NCBI GenBank assembly: GCA_964406665.1
Contig: CAYOSQ010000002.1
Coordinates: 3,598 to 67,597, forward strand
Source of the DNA: an uncultured Planctomycetia bacterium
GTDB taxonomy: Bacteria; Omnitrophota; Gorgyraeia; VGKH01; JBHPFN01
DNA: 64,000 nucleotides
Direction: 5' to 3'
Both the position numbers and the translations under genes were made by a program. The notes under the pieces were generated by a model. That model was not told the origin of the DNA. It did no database searches and saw only the letters and a list, made by a program, of their open reading frames with translations. Positions 16,274 through 25,879 of this stretch are shown in pieces (the stretch's first letter is position 1; each line of letters begins with the position of its first letter).

Positions 16274-16339
16274 AGTTGCAATCTTTCGATGTAACTCTTT
16301 GTATCAGATAAAGAAACGCCACTTTTACTAATTACAAAA

Positions 16340-17152
16340 ATGTACGAAACATTTTATGGTTTACGAGAAAAGCCTTTCAACGTAACTGCTGATCCTGCTT
16401 TTTTCTTCTCTAGCAAAAAACACAAAGAAGCTTTTTCGCATCTTGTCTTTGGAATCGACCAAAGAAAAGGGATTATTCTTATCACAGGAGAAATTGGCAC
16501 AGGTAAAACTACGCTTTGCAGGACGTTGCTTAATAGTATAGATAAAAAGACTAAAACAGCTTTTATCTTAAATCCGAATTTCTCCTCCCTTCAACTTCTC
16601 CAGATTATAATCGAGGATTTCGGGCTTATGCCTGAGAAAAAATCTAAGGTTTATCTGATTTCTGAATTAAATAAGTTTCTTCTTCATGAGTCAACTATTG
16701 GAAATAATGTGGCTTTGATAATTGATGAATCGCAGAACTTAAATCCTCGTCAGCTAGAGCAGATTAGATTGTTATCTAATCTTGAGACTGAAAAAGAAAA
16801 ATTACTGCAGATTGTTCTCGTTGGTCAGCCCGAGCTTCAACAGAAGCTCGCACTGCCTCAGTTGCGTCAGCTTAGCCAGCGCATCGCAGTAAGATATCAT
16901 ATTCAACCCTTAGCTGAAGATGAAATCGAAAATTATATTATTCATCGATTAAGCATAGCTGGTTCTAATGGTAGCCTTGAGTTTACAAAAGATGCCGTAG
17001 CAGAAATATCAAGGTTTTCTTCAGGTACCCCTCGACTTATAAATATCATTTGTGATAGGGCGTTGTTAGCCGGTTTTGTTAAGGAAGCCAGAAAGATTGA
17101 CGATGGTTTAATAAAGCAATGCGTTAAGGAGATTAATGAGTATTATTTATGA
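16340..17152 (+). CDS. ExeA/GspA/MshM-like AAA ATPase
   Basis: FYGLREKPF N-terminus, Walker A GEIGTGKTT, and COG3267-like layout. Confidence 0.8.
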   Translation: MYETFYGLREKPFNVTADPAFFFSSKKHKEAFSHLVFGIDQRKGIILITGEIGTGKTTLCRTLLNSIDKKTKTAFILNPNFSSLQLLQIIIEDFGLMPEKKSKVYLISELNKFLLHESTIGNNVALIIDESQNLNPRQLEQIRLLSNLETEKEKLLQIVLVGQPELQQKLALPQLRQLSQRIAVRYHIQPLAEDEIENYIIHRLSIAGSNGSLEFTKDAVAEISRFSSGTPRLINIICDRALLAGFVKEARKIDDGLIKQCVKEINEYYL

Positions 17153-17639
17153 TGCTTTAAAAAAGACACAAAAAAGGTTCATTCCAAAAGCGGATGCGCC
17201 GAGCTCGTCTGGGGGTAAGGATTTAAATTTGTGGCTTTTTATTGGTTTTTTAACAGTAGGCTTTATAGCCTGCGCCATTTTATTAGTGCTTTTATTTTAC
17301 AACCCTGCGCCGAATGTTCCGTTTACTTATTCTGATTCAATAAAAAATGTTCCTTCATTGCCCGTTGAGGTAGTAAAAGAAGAAGCTATTGCGACAGAGG
17401 TGACTGGCTCTCCTTTACTTCCTTCTGTTGTTAAGGAGGTTGAAGAAAAGGAAGAAATAAAGTATCAAAAGCCTATTTTAAGCGGTATTTTTGAAATGAG
17501 TGGTGAAAATTCTGCTTTGATCAGCGGTGTAATAGTTAAGGTTGGAGATTATGTTGATGGATTAGAAGTGCTTGAAATATCTAGCAACGAGGTAACCTTA
17601 AGCTTCAATGGAGAACCTGTAATCTTAAAACTTAAATAA
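17136..17639 (+). CDS. Membrane-anchored partner of the ExeA-like ATPase (GspB/ExeB-like?)
   Basis: Overlaps the ATPase gene by 17 nt. Single TM helix (LWLFIGFLTVGFIACAILLVLLF) followed by a periplasmic domain. Confidence 0.45.
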   Translation: MSIIYDALKKTQKRFIPKADAPSSSGGKDLNLWLFIGFLTVGFIACAILLVLLFYNPAPNVPFTYSDSIKNVPSLPVEVVKEEAIATEVTGSPLLPSVVKEVEEKEEIKYQKPILSGIFEMSGENSALISGVIVKVGDYVDGLEVLEISSNEVTLSFNGEPVILKLK

Positions 17640-17652
17640 ACCTACCGGTTTC

Positions 17653-18741
17653 TTATTTCATTCTTTCAGCTATTGCTTTCTTGATTATCCCAAGAGGTAT
17701 GTTTTCACGCACAATGACAGTTCCAATTTTTTTTGGTAGGACAAATCTATTCTTTTTATTTATGAATTTTTTGTCTCTAGTTTGAGCTTCAAGTATTTTA
17801 TTTAACCTAACTCCTCTTATGCTTGTAGGTAATCCGTATTTAGAAATTAGATTTTTAATCTTATTATAAGAAGATAGATTTAACATTCCAAGTTTGCAAG
17901 AGATGTCCGCAGCGCAAATCATTCCGATTGCGATCGCTTCCCCATGATTATATTTTTTGTATCCGCCAGCAGATTCAATAGCATGACCAATAGTATGCCC
18001 GTAATTAAGGATTGTTCTGATGCCTTTAGTCTCTTTTTCATCAGCCTGAACTATATTTGCTTTGATCGCACTGCATTTGCGCACTAAGAACTCTAACATC
18101 GTTTTGTTTAGCTTAAGTATTTGTTTAGAATTAGAGTTTAGATAATCAAATAAAGATCTATCTTTTATTATCGCGTATTTAATAACTTCTGATAAGCCTG
18201 ATTTTACTTGCTTTTTGCTTAAGCTCGTTAGAATGTTAACATCACTTATTACGATTTTAGGTTGATAAAAAGCACCTACGAGATTCTTTCCGGTGTTTAA
18301 ATCGATGGCTACCTTTCCTCCTATGGCAGAATCTACCTGGCCTAGAAGCGTTGTGGGAATCTGCACGAAATTAATTCCTCGTTTGTAAACCGCAGCGACA
18401 AAACCAGCTAGATCACCTATTACTCCTCCGCCTAAGGCAATTATAAAAAACCGTTTTTTTACATCAAGTTTAGCAATTTTGTTTATTAAATTGAAGGCTT
18501 GGAATTGAGATTTGCTTTTTTCGCTGTCAGGGATAAGTTCAAAATTTACAGAAAAGCCAGACTTAACCAGAGATTTCTTTAGTTTGATTCCATAAAGTTT
18601 TTTTATCTTAGCATTGGAAATTATTATGGCATCATCACCAATTTTTAAGCTTTTTAGTCTTTTCCCAATGGATGAGAATAGGTTGTTCCCGATTACAATT
18701 GGATAAGCTCTCTCTTTAAGATTGACTTTTATAGTTTTCAT
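17653..18741 (-). CDS. aroB: 3-dehydroquinate synthase
   Basis: GGGVIGDLAGFVAA, NAD-binding and metal-binding motifs; 362 aa. Confidence 0.85.
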   Translation of the reverse strand: MKTIKVNLKERAYPIVIGNNLFSSIGKRLKSLKIGDDAIIISNAKIKKLYGIKLKKSLVKSGFSVNFELIPDSEKSKSQFQAFNLINKIAKLDVKKRFFIIALGGGVIGDLAGFVAAVYKRGINFVQIPTTLLGQVDSAIGGKVAIDLNTGKNLVGAFYQPKIVISDVNILTSLSKKQVKSGLSEVIKYAIIKDRSLFDYLNSNSKQILKLNKTMLEFLVRKCSAIKANIVQADEKETKGIRTILNYGHTIGHAIESAGGYKKYNHGEAIAIGMICAADISCKLGMLNLSSYNKIKNLISKYGLPTSIRGVRLNKILEAQTRDKKFINKKNRFVLPKKIGTVIVRENIPLGIIKKAIAERMK

Positions 18742-19346
18742 AAACCACCCATAATTAACATGTTAGTAATATATTTTACAAGCGGTATAATTATTTTGTG
18801 CAAGAAGCCTAAAATGTAAATCAAGAAAATAATTATAAACATACCATATTTTTCTATTTTAGCATATTGAACTGAATATCGATAGGGTAAAATTCCGATA
18901 ATTACCCTAGAGCCATCTAGCGGAGGAATGGGCACAAGATTGAATATTGCCAGAAGAACATTGTAAAATACAGCTAGGTATATAATTTTGGCCAAGGTAT
19001 CAGATGGTGACAGTTTTATAAGCGTGCTTAGAATTACAGCCATAATAATATTTGCTATCGGTCCGGCAATGCCCACCCAGATTATATCCTTTTTTGGATT
19101 TCTTAAATTAGAAAAATTTACAGGAACCGGTTTTGCATATCCCACCGGAGGAAGATTCATTAATAAAAGGGTAATCGGTAGCACTATAGTTCCAAATACA
19201 TCTATATGAGCTAAGGGGTTAAGGGTTAGTCTTCCTAAGAATTTTGCTGTATTGTCCCCGCGTCTATTAGCTACCCAACCGTGTGCGTATTCATGAATGG
19301 CCACAGAGAAGGCAAAGATGGTGATCGATATTATAAGATAGGTCAT
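18738..19346 (-). CDS. Site-2 protease family zinc metalloprotease (peptidase M50)
   Basis: HEYAHG (HExxH) in the first TM helix; polytopic membrane protein. Confidence 0.75.
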   Translation of the reverse strand: MTYLIISITIFAFSVAIHEYAHGWVANRRGDNTAKFLGRLTLNPLAHIDVFGTIVLPITLLLMNLPPVGYAKPVPVNFSNLRNPKKDIIWVGIAGPIANIIMAVILSTLIKLSPSDTLAKIIYLAVFYNVLLAIFNLVPIPPLDGSRVIIGILPYRYSVQYAKIEKYGMFIIIFLIYILGFLHKIIIPLVKYITNMLIMGGL

Positions 19347-20224
19347 TTAGAGATTTTAATTTCTTCAACCTTAACAGTCGGATATTTTTTTGATGGTGCA
19401 GAAGTGATTGTGCCGGTGAGTTTGACTCGTTGATTTACGAAGCTGTTTAGTAGTTTGGTGTCTCCTTTTAGGTAGCATACTAATTTCTTTTTTTGCATAA
19501 GTTTATGTGTTCCTGGCCTGCCGAAAAATCTTCCCATGGGTTTGATTATTCCAACTGCGTCTAGCTTATTAGTAGATTTCTTCTCCGCGATAGCTTTTTT
19601 AGGCTTAAGAGTTGATTTAGTTTTTTTAGCTTGCGCATCTGCACTAACAGGCTTTTGTTTATCTAGGGTCACTGGTTTACTTTCAGAAGCAGCAATTTCA
19701 ATAACCTCTTTTTTTATAACAGGTTCAGGGCGAAGTTTTTCTTCAGGGATTTTATTGGAAACAAATTGAAGATTTTTTCCTAAAACCCAGCCAAAACATT
19801 TTTCAGGTGGCTTGACAGCATACCAATCACCACCCTTTTTTTCTATCACCGTTACTTTATCAACAGATCCGATTTGACAAAGAACTGTTGACTTAAGGTC
19901 TGGTCTAGATCTTACATTTATCCTGTTTCCAGTAATAATAGCCTGAGGTTTGATTCTTGAAGTTTTAACATATTTAGAGCTTACGTAACATGGAGTGTTT
20001 TGTTTTAACTTTACTTTATACCACCCATATTCTTTGCCTACCACAATAACATTTTCGTCTTTCACTATTTTTTCTAGAATCTCGAAATTTACATTGTAGC
20101 CGGCTCTAACATTAACCTTTGATGCAGTCACTTTATATAACGCAGGAAAATTTTCTTTGCAATAGGCATTTAGACACAAAGCAAAATAAATTGCTATTAT
20201 AAGTATTATTATTCTTTTACTCAT
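19343..20224 (-). CDS. Secreted protein with SH3b-like domains
   Basis: Signal peptide, two repeats with a W-Y-K/V pattern (GWYKVKL, DWYAVKP), and a Lys-rich linker. Confidence 0.5.
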   Translation of the reverse strand: MSKRIIILIIAIYFALCLNAYCKENFPALYKVTASKVNVRAGYNVNFEILEKIVKDENVIVVGKEYGWYKVKLKQNTPCYVSSKYVKTSRIKPQAIITGNRINVRSRPDLKSTVLCQIGSVDKVTVIEKKGGDWYAVKPPEKCFGWVLGKNLQFVSNKIPEEKLRPEPVIKKEVIEIAASESKPVTLDKQKPVSADAQAKKTKSTLKPKKAIAEKKSTNKLDAVGIIKPMGRFFGRPGTHKLMQKKKLVCYLKGDTKLLNSFVNQRVKLTGTITSAPSKKYPTVKVEEIKISK

Positions 20225-20256
20225 AGCGTTCTGTTATCTGACTGAGTTTTCAAGGA

Positions 20257-20532
20257 TTAGGATTTTGCTTCATCCTGGGGTTTTTTCTCTCCCTCAGCTG
20301 GAGCAGCTGCTTCTGCAGGAGTTCCGGCAGTTTCTTCTGTGGTTTTCTCAGCAACAGGTTTTTCTTTCTTGAACTTAATTTTTACTATTTTAATCTTGGG
20401 AAGTCTGAAGACAGAATCTCCTTCCTTCCATTCGTCCTTTTCTTTTAAGTTCTTAATTTTTTCAATGCGTTTTAGCACAGAACGTTGTTGTTTATCTTTT
20501 TCTGAGCCTTTTAGTGAGCGATGAATCGACAT
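20257..20532 (-). CDS. Small basic lysine-rich protein, hypothetical
   Basis: 91-aa K/E-rich ORF whose start is 3 nt downstream of the SPOR gene's stop. Confidence 0.4.
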   Translation of the reverse strand: MSIHRSLKGSEKDKQQRSVLKRIEKIKNLKEKDEWKEGDSVFRLPKIKIVKIKFKKEKPVAEKTTEETAGTPAEAAAPAEGEKKPQDEAKS

Positions 20533-20534
20533 GG

Positions 20535-21116
20535 TTACAACCTCCTAATTATGCAGTCGTTGTATTGTTTTTTTAGTTTTGCGCTAAAACTCTCAGCTTC
20601 TTTCTTTGACTGAAAATTTCCTACGCATACAATTACATATTCTCCTTTGGGAAGAATAACAATTTCATATCCATATTTTTGTAAACGAACAGCTTCTTTT
20701 TCTGCAAAAGATTTCTTTTTAAAGCTTGCTACTTGAATCGTATATGCATCAACATTTATTTCTTTAGTTTCGATTGAAGCAGGTGCTTTTTTTTCAATAA
20801 GTTTGGGCTTTTCCTCTTTAACTGTGACCTCTTTAATTTGTGGTTCTGCCTCTTTCTTTTTTGTTGCAACATCATCTTTTATTACGATTTTTTCATCTTT
20901 TGTTTGTACAGAGACAATTTTTTTCCCTTTCTCTACACCTAGAGAAAAGCTTATTAAGGAAAGCATTATGGCAAAGACAAGACCGATTATAATATGTTCT
21001 GGGTTTAGAGTGACTTTGAATAAATCGGTGAAGCTCCATTTTGATTTTTCTCGGCGAGGTTCGTTTGAACCTGTTATAAAATCATACTGGATTTGCCTCG
21101 GTTTTTTATCTAACAT
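20535..21116 (-). CDS. SPOR domain protein (membrane-anchored, peptidoglycan binding)
   Basis: TM anchor, then C-terminal SPOR-like YTIQVASFKKKSFAEKEAVRLQKYGYEIVILPKGEYVIVCVGNF. Confidence 0.7.
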   Translation of the reverse strand: MLDKKPRQIQYDFITGSNEPRREKSKWSFTDLFKVTLNPEHIIIGLVFAIMLSLISFSLGVEKGKKIVSVQTKDEKIVIKDDVATKKKEAEPQIKEVTVKEEKPKLIEKKAPASIETKEINVDAYTIQVASFKKKSFAEKEAVRLQKYGYEIVILPKGEYVIVCVGNFQSKKEAESFSAKLKKQYNDCIIRRL

Positions 21117-21137
21117 ATGGTAACTATTATAGTATTT

Positions 21138-22202
21138 TTACCTATAGTTGCTCAAGTACTTTTTGAATTTTCTGTCTTTAGTTAGTTCTAAAAATGCATT
21201 GACTACTTTAGGGTCAAATTGAGTTCCGCTGTTTTTCTTTACTTCTTCAATTGCATCCTTAATCGTGATAGAAGATTTTCTATAAGGTCTTCCTGAAAGC
21301 ATAGCTTCGAATGCATCCGCCACAGCCATTATTCTAGCCGGTAGAGGTATCTGACCTTTTTTTAATCCAGAAGGATAACCACTTCCATCATACTTCTCGT
21401 GGTGATAGAGTATAATCGGAACCAGGGGTTTTAAGATTTCTAATGGTTTAATTATTTCTGCGCCCCTTAAAGGATGGCTTTTGATAATATCGAATTCTTT
21501 GCTGCTTAATTTTTTGCGTTTAGTTAGGATGCCAAGGGGAATATCAATTTTTCCGGCATCGTGAAGAAGGCTTGCATGTTGAAGGATGCGAATCTGATTT
21601 TCGTTAAGATGCATCTTTTCAGCTATGCCTAAGACAATACGGCTTATCCTTGGTGTGTGTGTATATTTATGCGGTACTTTTTTATCCATTAACGTTACCA
21701 AGGATTTTATACTTCCAAAAATCAGTTTCTGTTGTTCTTCGTGTAACTGAAGATTTTTTATAGCAATAACAGCCTGTTCAGCAACTGCAGTTAATATTTC
21801 TTTATCGAAAATATCAAAGTCCTTTGTGCTTTTTCTTTTTATTAAAATTAACCCAATAGTATCTTCTCCAACAAGTGGAACGCAAACAGAAGATTTCTTT
21901 AATAGCGATACACCGGATTTTATTATTTTGCTTTCTAATGAGTTAAGTTGCCTTTTCGTTTTTTGCTGCAGAGATTTCCTTCTTTTGGTTATTTCGGCTT
22001 TATGGTAAATATTGTTTTTAGAGAGATCCTGCATTAATATCGAGCAGTATTCTACTTTCAAAACCTGGGTTATTAGCTTGGAAAGCCGTAAAATCAATTC
22101 TTTAAGATCAAAAGTAGAATTGATCAGTCGGTAGACCATGTGGTTGATTGAGAGAACGATCTTATACTTTTTCGTATGGATCGAATAATTTTTTGTGTTC
22201 AT
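21138..22202 (-). CDS. GAF-like sensor plus HD-GYP phosphodiesterase (c-di-GMP)
   Basis: HDAGKIDIP...YHHEKYDGSGYPSGL... HD-GYP core. N-terminal region resembles a GAF domain. N-terminal 40 nt overlap the dGTPase ORF, so the true start may be an internal Met. Confidence 0.8.
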   Translation of the reverse strand: MNTKNYSIHTKKYKIVLSINHMVYRLINSTFDLKELILRLSKLITQVLKVEYCSILMQDLSKNNIYHKAEITKRRKSLQQKTKRQLNSLESKIIKSGVSLLKKSSVCVPLVGEDTIGLILIKRKSTKDFDIFDKEILTAVAEQAVIAIKNLQLHEEQQKLIFGSIKSLVTLMDKKVPHKYTHTPRISRIVLGIAEKMHLNENQIRILQHASLLHDAGKIDIPLGILTKRKKLSSKEFDIIKSHPLRGAEIIKPLEILKPLVPIILYHHEKYDGSGYPSGLKKGQIPLPARIMAVADAFEAMLSGRPYRKSSITIKDAIEEVKKNSGTQFDPKVVNAFLELTKDRKFKKYLSNYR

Positions 22203-23319
22203 TTTCTGCGAATCTATCAGTCATGCTGGCAATATAATCACAAATAACTTTGTGTTTTCCGTCTTTTTTTATTCTAGCTTGGTTTGACGGCGGCAGCATG
22301 CTTGGGTCCTTTAAAAATACGATAAAAATTTCTTTTATAAACCTTTTTGCTTTATTTGCCATTCTGTTTACGCGATGATGGTGATATAAATTATTCTTCA
22401 AGTACTTTTTCAATTCACCGCGTTGGATCTGCATCTGCTTACTGAATGAAACAAGTGCAATTTTAGCAGATTTAACGTCTTTAAGCGAGCTTATTTTCAA
22501 TTTATTTATTTTAGTTTGAGTTTCGTTGATTAGGTCTGTAACTTGGTTATGAATAAGTGATTTTACAATTTGATATTTCAAGATACGATTATCGACTTTA
22601 AGGTTTTTGCTGTTAGAATTTTGATAAAGGTTTCTCCAAATTTTTATTTTTCTAAGCTTATCCATATCCAACAATTCAGAAGTGATGCCGTCGTCTAAAT
22701 CGTGGCTGTCATAAGCAATTTCATCGGATATGTTGACTACCTGAGCTTCTAATGTTGGTTGGCTTTTGGGTTCGAAGCCCGCAGGTGTTTTGTCTGGACT
22801 ATCAAATTTGCTAGAATGTTTTACAAGACCCTCTCGTACTTCCCAGGACAAATTCAGGCCTTTAAAGTTTGCATATCTTTCTTCTAGCACATCGACGACT
22901 CTGAGGCTTTGCATGTTATGTTCAAATCCACCATGTTTTTTCATTTGTTCTTTGAGCGCATCTTCTCCAGCGTGTCCATAAGGAGGATGGCCTAAGTCGT
23001 GAGCAAGGGCGATGGTTTCTACCAGGTCTTCGTTTAACCCTAATGCTCTTGCTATAGTTCTTGCTATTTGTGCCACTTCTAATGTATGGGTGAGACGGGT
23101 TCGATAGTAATCACCTTCATGGTTAACAAATACTTGAGTTTTATACTCCAGACGTCTGAATGCTGCAGAGTGTATGATTCTATCGCGGTCTCTTTGATAT
23201 ATGGAGCGATAGTCATGAGCCTCTTCTTTATGTATTCTTCCCTTTGTTTCTTTGCTATGCATAGCATAGCTTGCTAGATATTGATCTTCAAATTCTTCTA
23301 TTTGTTTTCTCGATTTCAT
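22162..23319 (-). CDS. dgt: dGTPase-like HD-domain triphosphohydrolase (Dgt family)
   Basis: RSIYQRDRDRIIHSAAFRRLEYKTQVF...THTLEVAQIAR...HDLGHPPYGH. Confidence 0.85.
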   Translation of the reverse strand: MKSRKQIEEFEDQYLASYAMHSKETKGRIHKEEAHDYRSIYQRDRDRIIHSAAFRRLEYKTQVFVNHEGDYYRTRLTHTLEVAQIARTIARALGLNEDLVETIALAHDLGHPPYGHAGEDALKEQMKKHGGFEHNMQSLRVVDVLEERYANFKGLNLSWEVREGLVKHSSKFDSPDKTPAGFEPKSQPTLEAQVVNISDEIAYDSHDLDDGITSELLDMDKLRKIKIWRNLYQNSNSKNLKVDNRILKYQIVKSLIHNQVTDLINETQTKINKLKISSLKDVKSAKIALVSFSKQMQIQRGELKKYLKNNLYHHHRVNRMANKAKRFIKEIFIVFLKDPSMLPPSNQARIKKDGKHKVICDYIASMTDRFAENEHKKLFDPYEKV

Positions 23320-23783
23320 TTTTTTAGTTTTTTATATAATTCATCAAGGGATTGCGAGATGACTTTTGTATCAGAAATTACCGGCATAACATTTGTATCT
23401 CCTGTCCATCTGGGAACTACGTGAATATGTATGTGATTTGCGATGCCGGCTCCAGCTGCCTTCCCGATATTCAAACCAATGTTATATCCTTGAGGTTTTA
23501 ATATCTTATCAATGTCTTTTTTTGTAGTTTTAAGCAAATCCATAAGATCGGATAACTCAGACTTTTTTAAATCATTTAAATCTTTGACGTGACGATAGGG
23601 TACTATCATTATGTGACCGTTGTTATAGGGATAAATGTTTAGGATTGAGAAGGAAAATTTACTTCTTTTAATAATATAGTTTTTTGAGTCATCTTTAGAT
23701 TTTTTGACTCTGCAGAAAAGACATCCTTTCTGCTTGCTTTGTATGTACTTAATTCTCCAAGGAGCCCATAGTTTTTTCATCAC
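23316..23783 (-). CDS. HIT family hydrolase
   Basis: Histidine triad HIHIHVVPR and N-terminal CLFC. Confidence 0.85.
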   Translation of the reverse strand: MMKKLWAPWRIKYIQSKQKGCLFCRVKKSKDDSKNYIIKRSKFSFSILNIYPYNNGHIMIVPYRHVKDLNDLKKSELSDLMDLLKTTKKDIDKILKPQGYNIGLNIGKAAGAGIANHIHIHVVPRWTGDTNVMPVISDTKVISQSLDELYKKLKK

Positions 23784-24265
23784 GGTAACTTTATTATTTC
23801 GCTTTCTATTTTTTCTCCAACATTAAGTAAGGCTAATGATCTATAAGGAGCGAAAACATTATCAGTGGGACTTCCAGGGTTAAGAAATAAAGTTTCCCCC
23901 ACTGTCTCGTTTACTACTTTGTGGGAATGACCAAAAATAATCACATCTAATTTTTCGTCGAATTCTTCTCCGGCTCGTTGTAGTATTTCGTTTGGGGGAC
24001 CATTTCCATGAAAAATTCCAATCTTGAACCCCTCGCATTCAACGATGTCCTTCTTGGGTAAAGCCTGTCTAACTTCAGGATAATCCATATTACCATAAAC
24101 AGCTCTTACCGAAGAAATCTTTTTTAGTTTTTCTAAGAACTGAATTGATACTATATCTCCAGAATGTATTATTAGATCTGCATCAGAGAGTGTTGCATAG
24201 GCTTCAGCTGGCATATCTGTTGCCTGGGTAGGTATATGAGTATCCGAAAGAACTGCAATTTTCAT
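23780..24265 (-). CDS. Metallophosphoesterase (YfcE/MJ0936 family)
   Basis: MKIAVLSDTHIP, HSGDIV, GNMD, GHSH motifs. Confidence 0.85.
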   Translation of the reverse strand: MKIAVLSDTHIPTQATDMPAEAYATLSDADLIIHSGDIVSIQFLEKLKKISSVRAVYGNMDYPEVRQALPKKDIVECEGFKIGIFHGNGPPNEILQRAGEEFDEKLDVIIFGHSHKVVNETVGETLFLNPGSPTDNVFAPYRSLALLNVGEKIESEIIKLP

Positions 24266-25866
24266 TTTACGATAAACGGCCTGTTATAAATATTTAATAA
24301 TGCGTTTACATCTTTGATAGTCCAGACCCACATTTTTTCTCCTAAAGCTCTTAATTTTGCGTTAGTGTCTATGTCTTCCAGGGAGATAATAATTCTTTTT
24401 TGAGGTTTTCCTTTATGTTTGCGACATTCAGAAAGTAGGCGCAATACATCATCTTCTTGGAATTTACCTTCATTTAGCATTATAAACCAAACTCCACTCA
24501 TCGAATTGGCAATGGCAAATTTCCTCTTTTCATCAATAGAAAACATTTTGAAATCTTTAAGATGAGAAAGTCTGTACTTGTATCCGTTTAATTGAACAGA
24601 TTCATTGTGGAATAAATTGAATAGTTCAATTATTCTTTCAAAGGCATCTATTCTTTCTGCTTCGCCGAAGTCATCGACAAACCTCTTAACGGTATTTCTA
24701 AATGAATTAAGTTGGCTAGATGTACTGTAATCTATATTGGTTAACCCAAATCTAAATACGTACTTGATCCAGAATTTAAAAATCTTACTTGAAATATAAT
24801 AAAAACTTCCATTTCTTGAGAGTAAGTTTTGCTCAAGAAGTCGATTAGTTTTTAAGGAGATATCTTCTTTCTTTTTATGTAGTGAGGCACCGATATCTTT
24901 AATTTTATTATTTCCATCGACTATTGATAGCAGGATAGATATTGAAGTGGAATTATTTTTTCCCAAAGAGATTCTTTTCAAGTAATTGCTGAAATATTGA
25001 TTTAATATCCCCCACTTGTGAAATAACAGTTCTTCAAAAGAGGAGATAAGTATTTCTAGGGGAATCCCCTTTAAATTATTGCTCTCTAGTATACTTTTTA
25101 GTTTGTTGCAGATTATGTTTAAGTAAAACGGATGACCACTTGTAAAATCAACAATAAATTTTTTATAACTCTCCTCTATTTGATATCCATCTAATTCAGA
25201 GTTAATAAAGGCGATGCTTTCTTTTACGCTAAAAAGACCTAAGTCAATAACCTCAAAATTACCGAAAAGAAGAGAAAGTTTTTCGGTTAGGATTTCCTTG
25301 GCTTTAACAATGGCAGAACTGGCTACTATATACATACACTTTTTCTGCGACATTATTCTTTTTCCAAGTTCTTGATAAGGATTATTTATTTTTAACTCTT
25401 CAAGGTTTTGGAAATTATCAAATATGATTAGGCAAAATTTTCCCGTTTCTTTTGTGAATATGTCTGGCAAATCAATAATTTCTCTATAGGCTTCTGTGAT
25501 TTTATTCTTTTCTATGTTGACCTTTATTTTTTTGACTGATTCTATAGTTTTGGGAACTGCATCTTGACCTGCGGAAATAAGATAATCTAGGGAATCGCCC
25601 CTTAAGAAAAGTTTGGTTCTTAAGTAATTGAAAAGTAAAGTTCTTAAGAAATTTTTCAGGAAGTAATTATGTTCGAATGCAGCTATCTCGAGATAAATCG
25701 AAACTATCTGTTCGTCATCTAGGGAAGTGATGAAATTTTTTAAAAGAGATGTTTTTCCTGACAGCTCTTCTCCGATGAATGCGATATTCTGCCTGTATCC
25801 ATCTTTAAAATCGTGGATACGTTTGTTTAAAAGCGCTAGTTCTTCTTCTCTTCCAAAAAATCCCAT
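24262..25866 (-). CDS. AAA+ ATPase of the archaeal-type ATPase_2 family with a C-terminal DUF234 domain
   Basis: FFGREEELALL...IAFIGEELSGKTSLLKNF (Arch_ATPase N-terminus and Walker A). C-terminal about 90 residues resemble DUF234. Confidence 0.65.
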   Translation of the reverse strand: MGFFGREEELALLNKRIHDFKDGYRQNIAFIGEELSGKTSLLKNFITSLDDEQIVSIYLEIAAFEHNYFLKNFLRTLLFNYLRTKLFLRGDSLDYLISAGQDAVPKTIESVKKIKVNIEKNKITEAYREIIDLPDIFTKETGKFCLIIFDNFQNLEELKINNPYQELGKRIMSQKKCMYIVASSAIVKAKEILTEKLSLLFGNFEVIDLGLFSVKESIAFINSELDGYQIEESYKKFIVDFTSGHPFYLNIICNKLKSILESNNLKGIPLEILISSFEELLFHKWGILNQYFSNYLKRISLGKNNSTSISILLSIVDGNNKIKDIGASLHKKKEDISLKTNRLLEQNLLSRNGSFYYISSKIFKFWIKYVFRFGLTNIDYSTSSQLNSFRNTVKRFVDDFGEAERIDAFERIIELFNLFHNESVQLNGYKYRLSHLKDFKMFSIDEKRKFAIANSMSGVWFIMLNEGKFQEDDVLRLLSECRKHKGKPQKRIIISLEDIDTNAKLRALGEKMWVWTIKDVNALLNIYNRPFIVK

Positions 25867-25879
25867 TTTATTTCAATTG

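Noticed and set aside
20257-20532. Small basic protein as a possible missing ribosomal protein (for example S21 or THX)
   Set aside because: The sequence does not match the S21, S20 or THX patterns I know. Kept as hypothetical.
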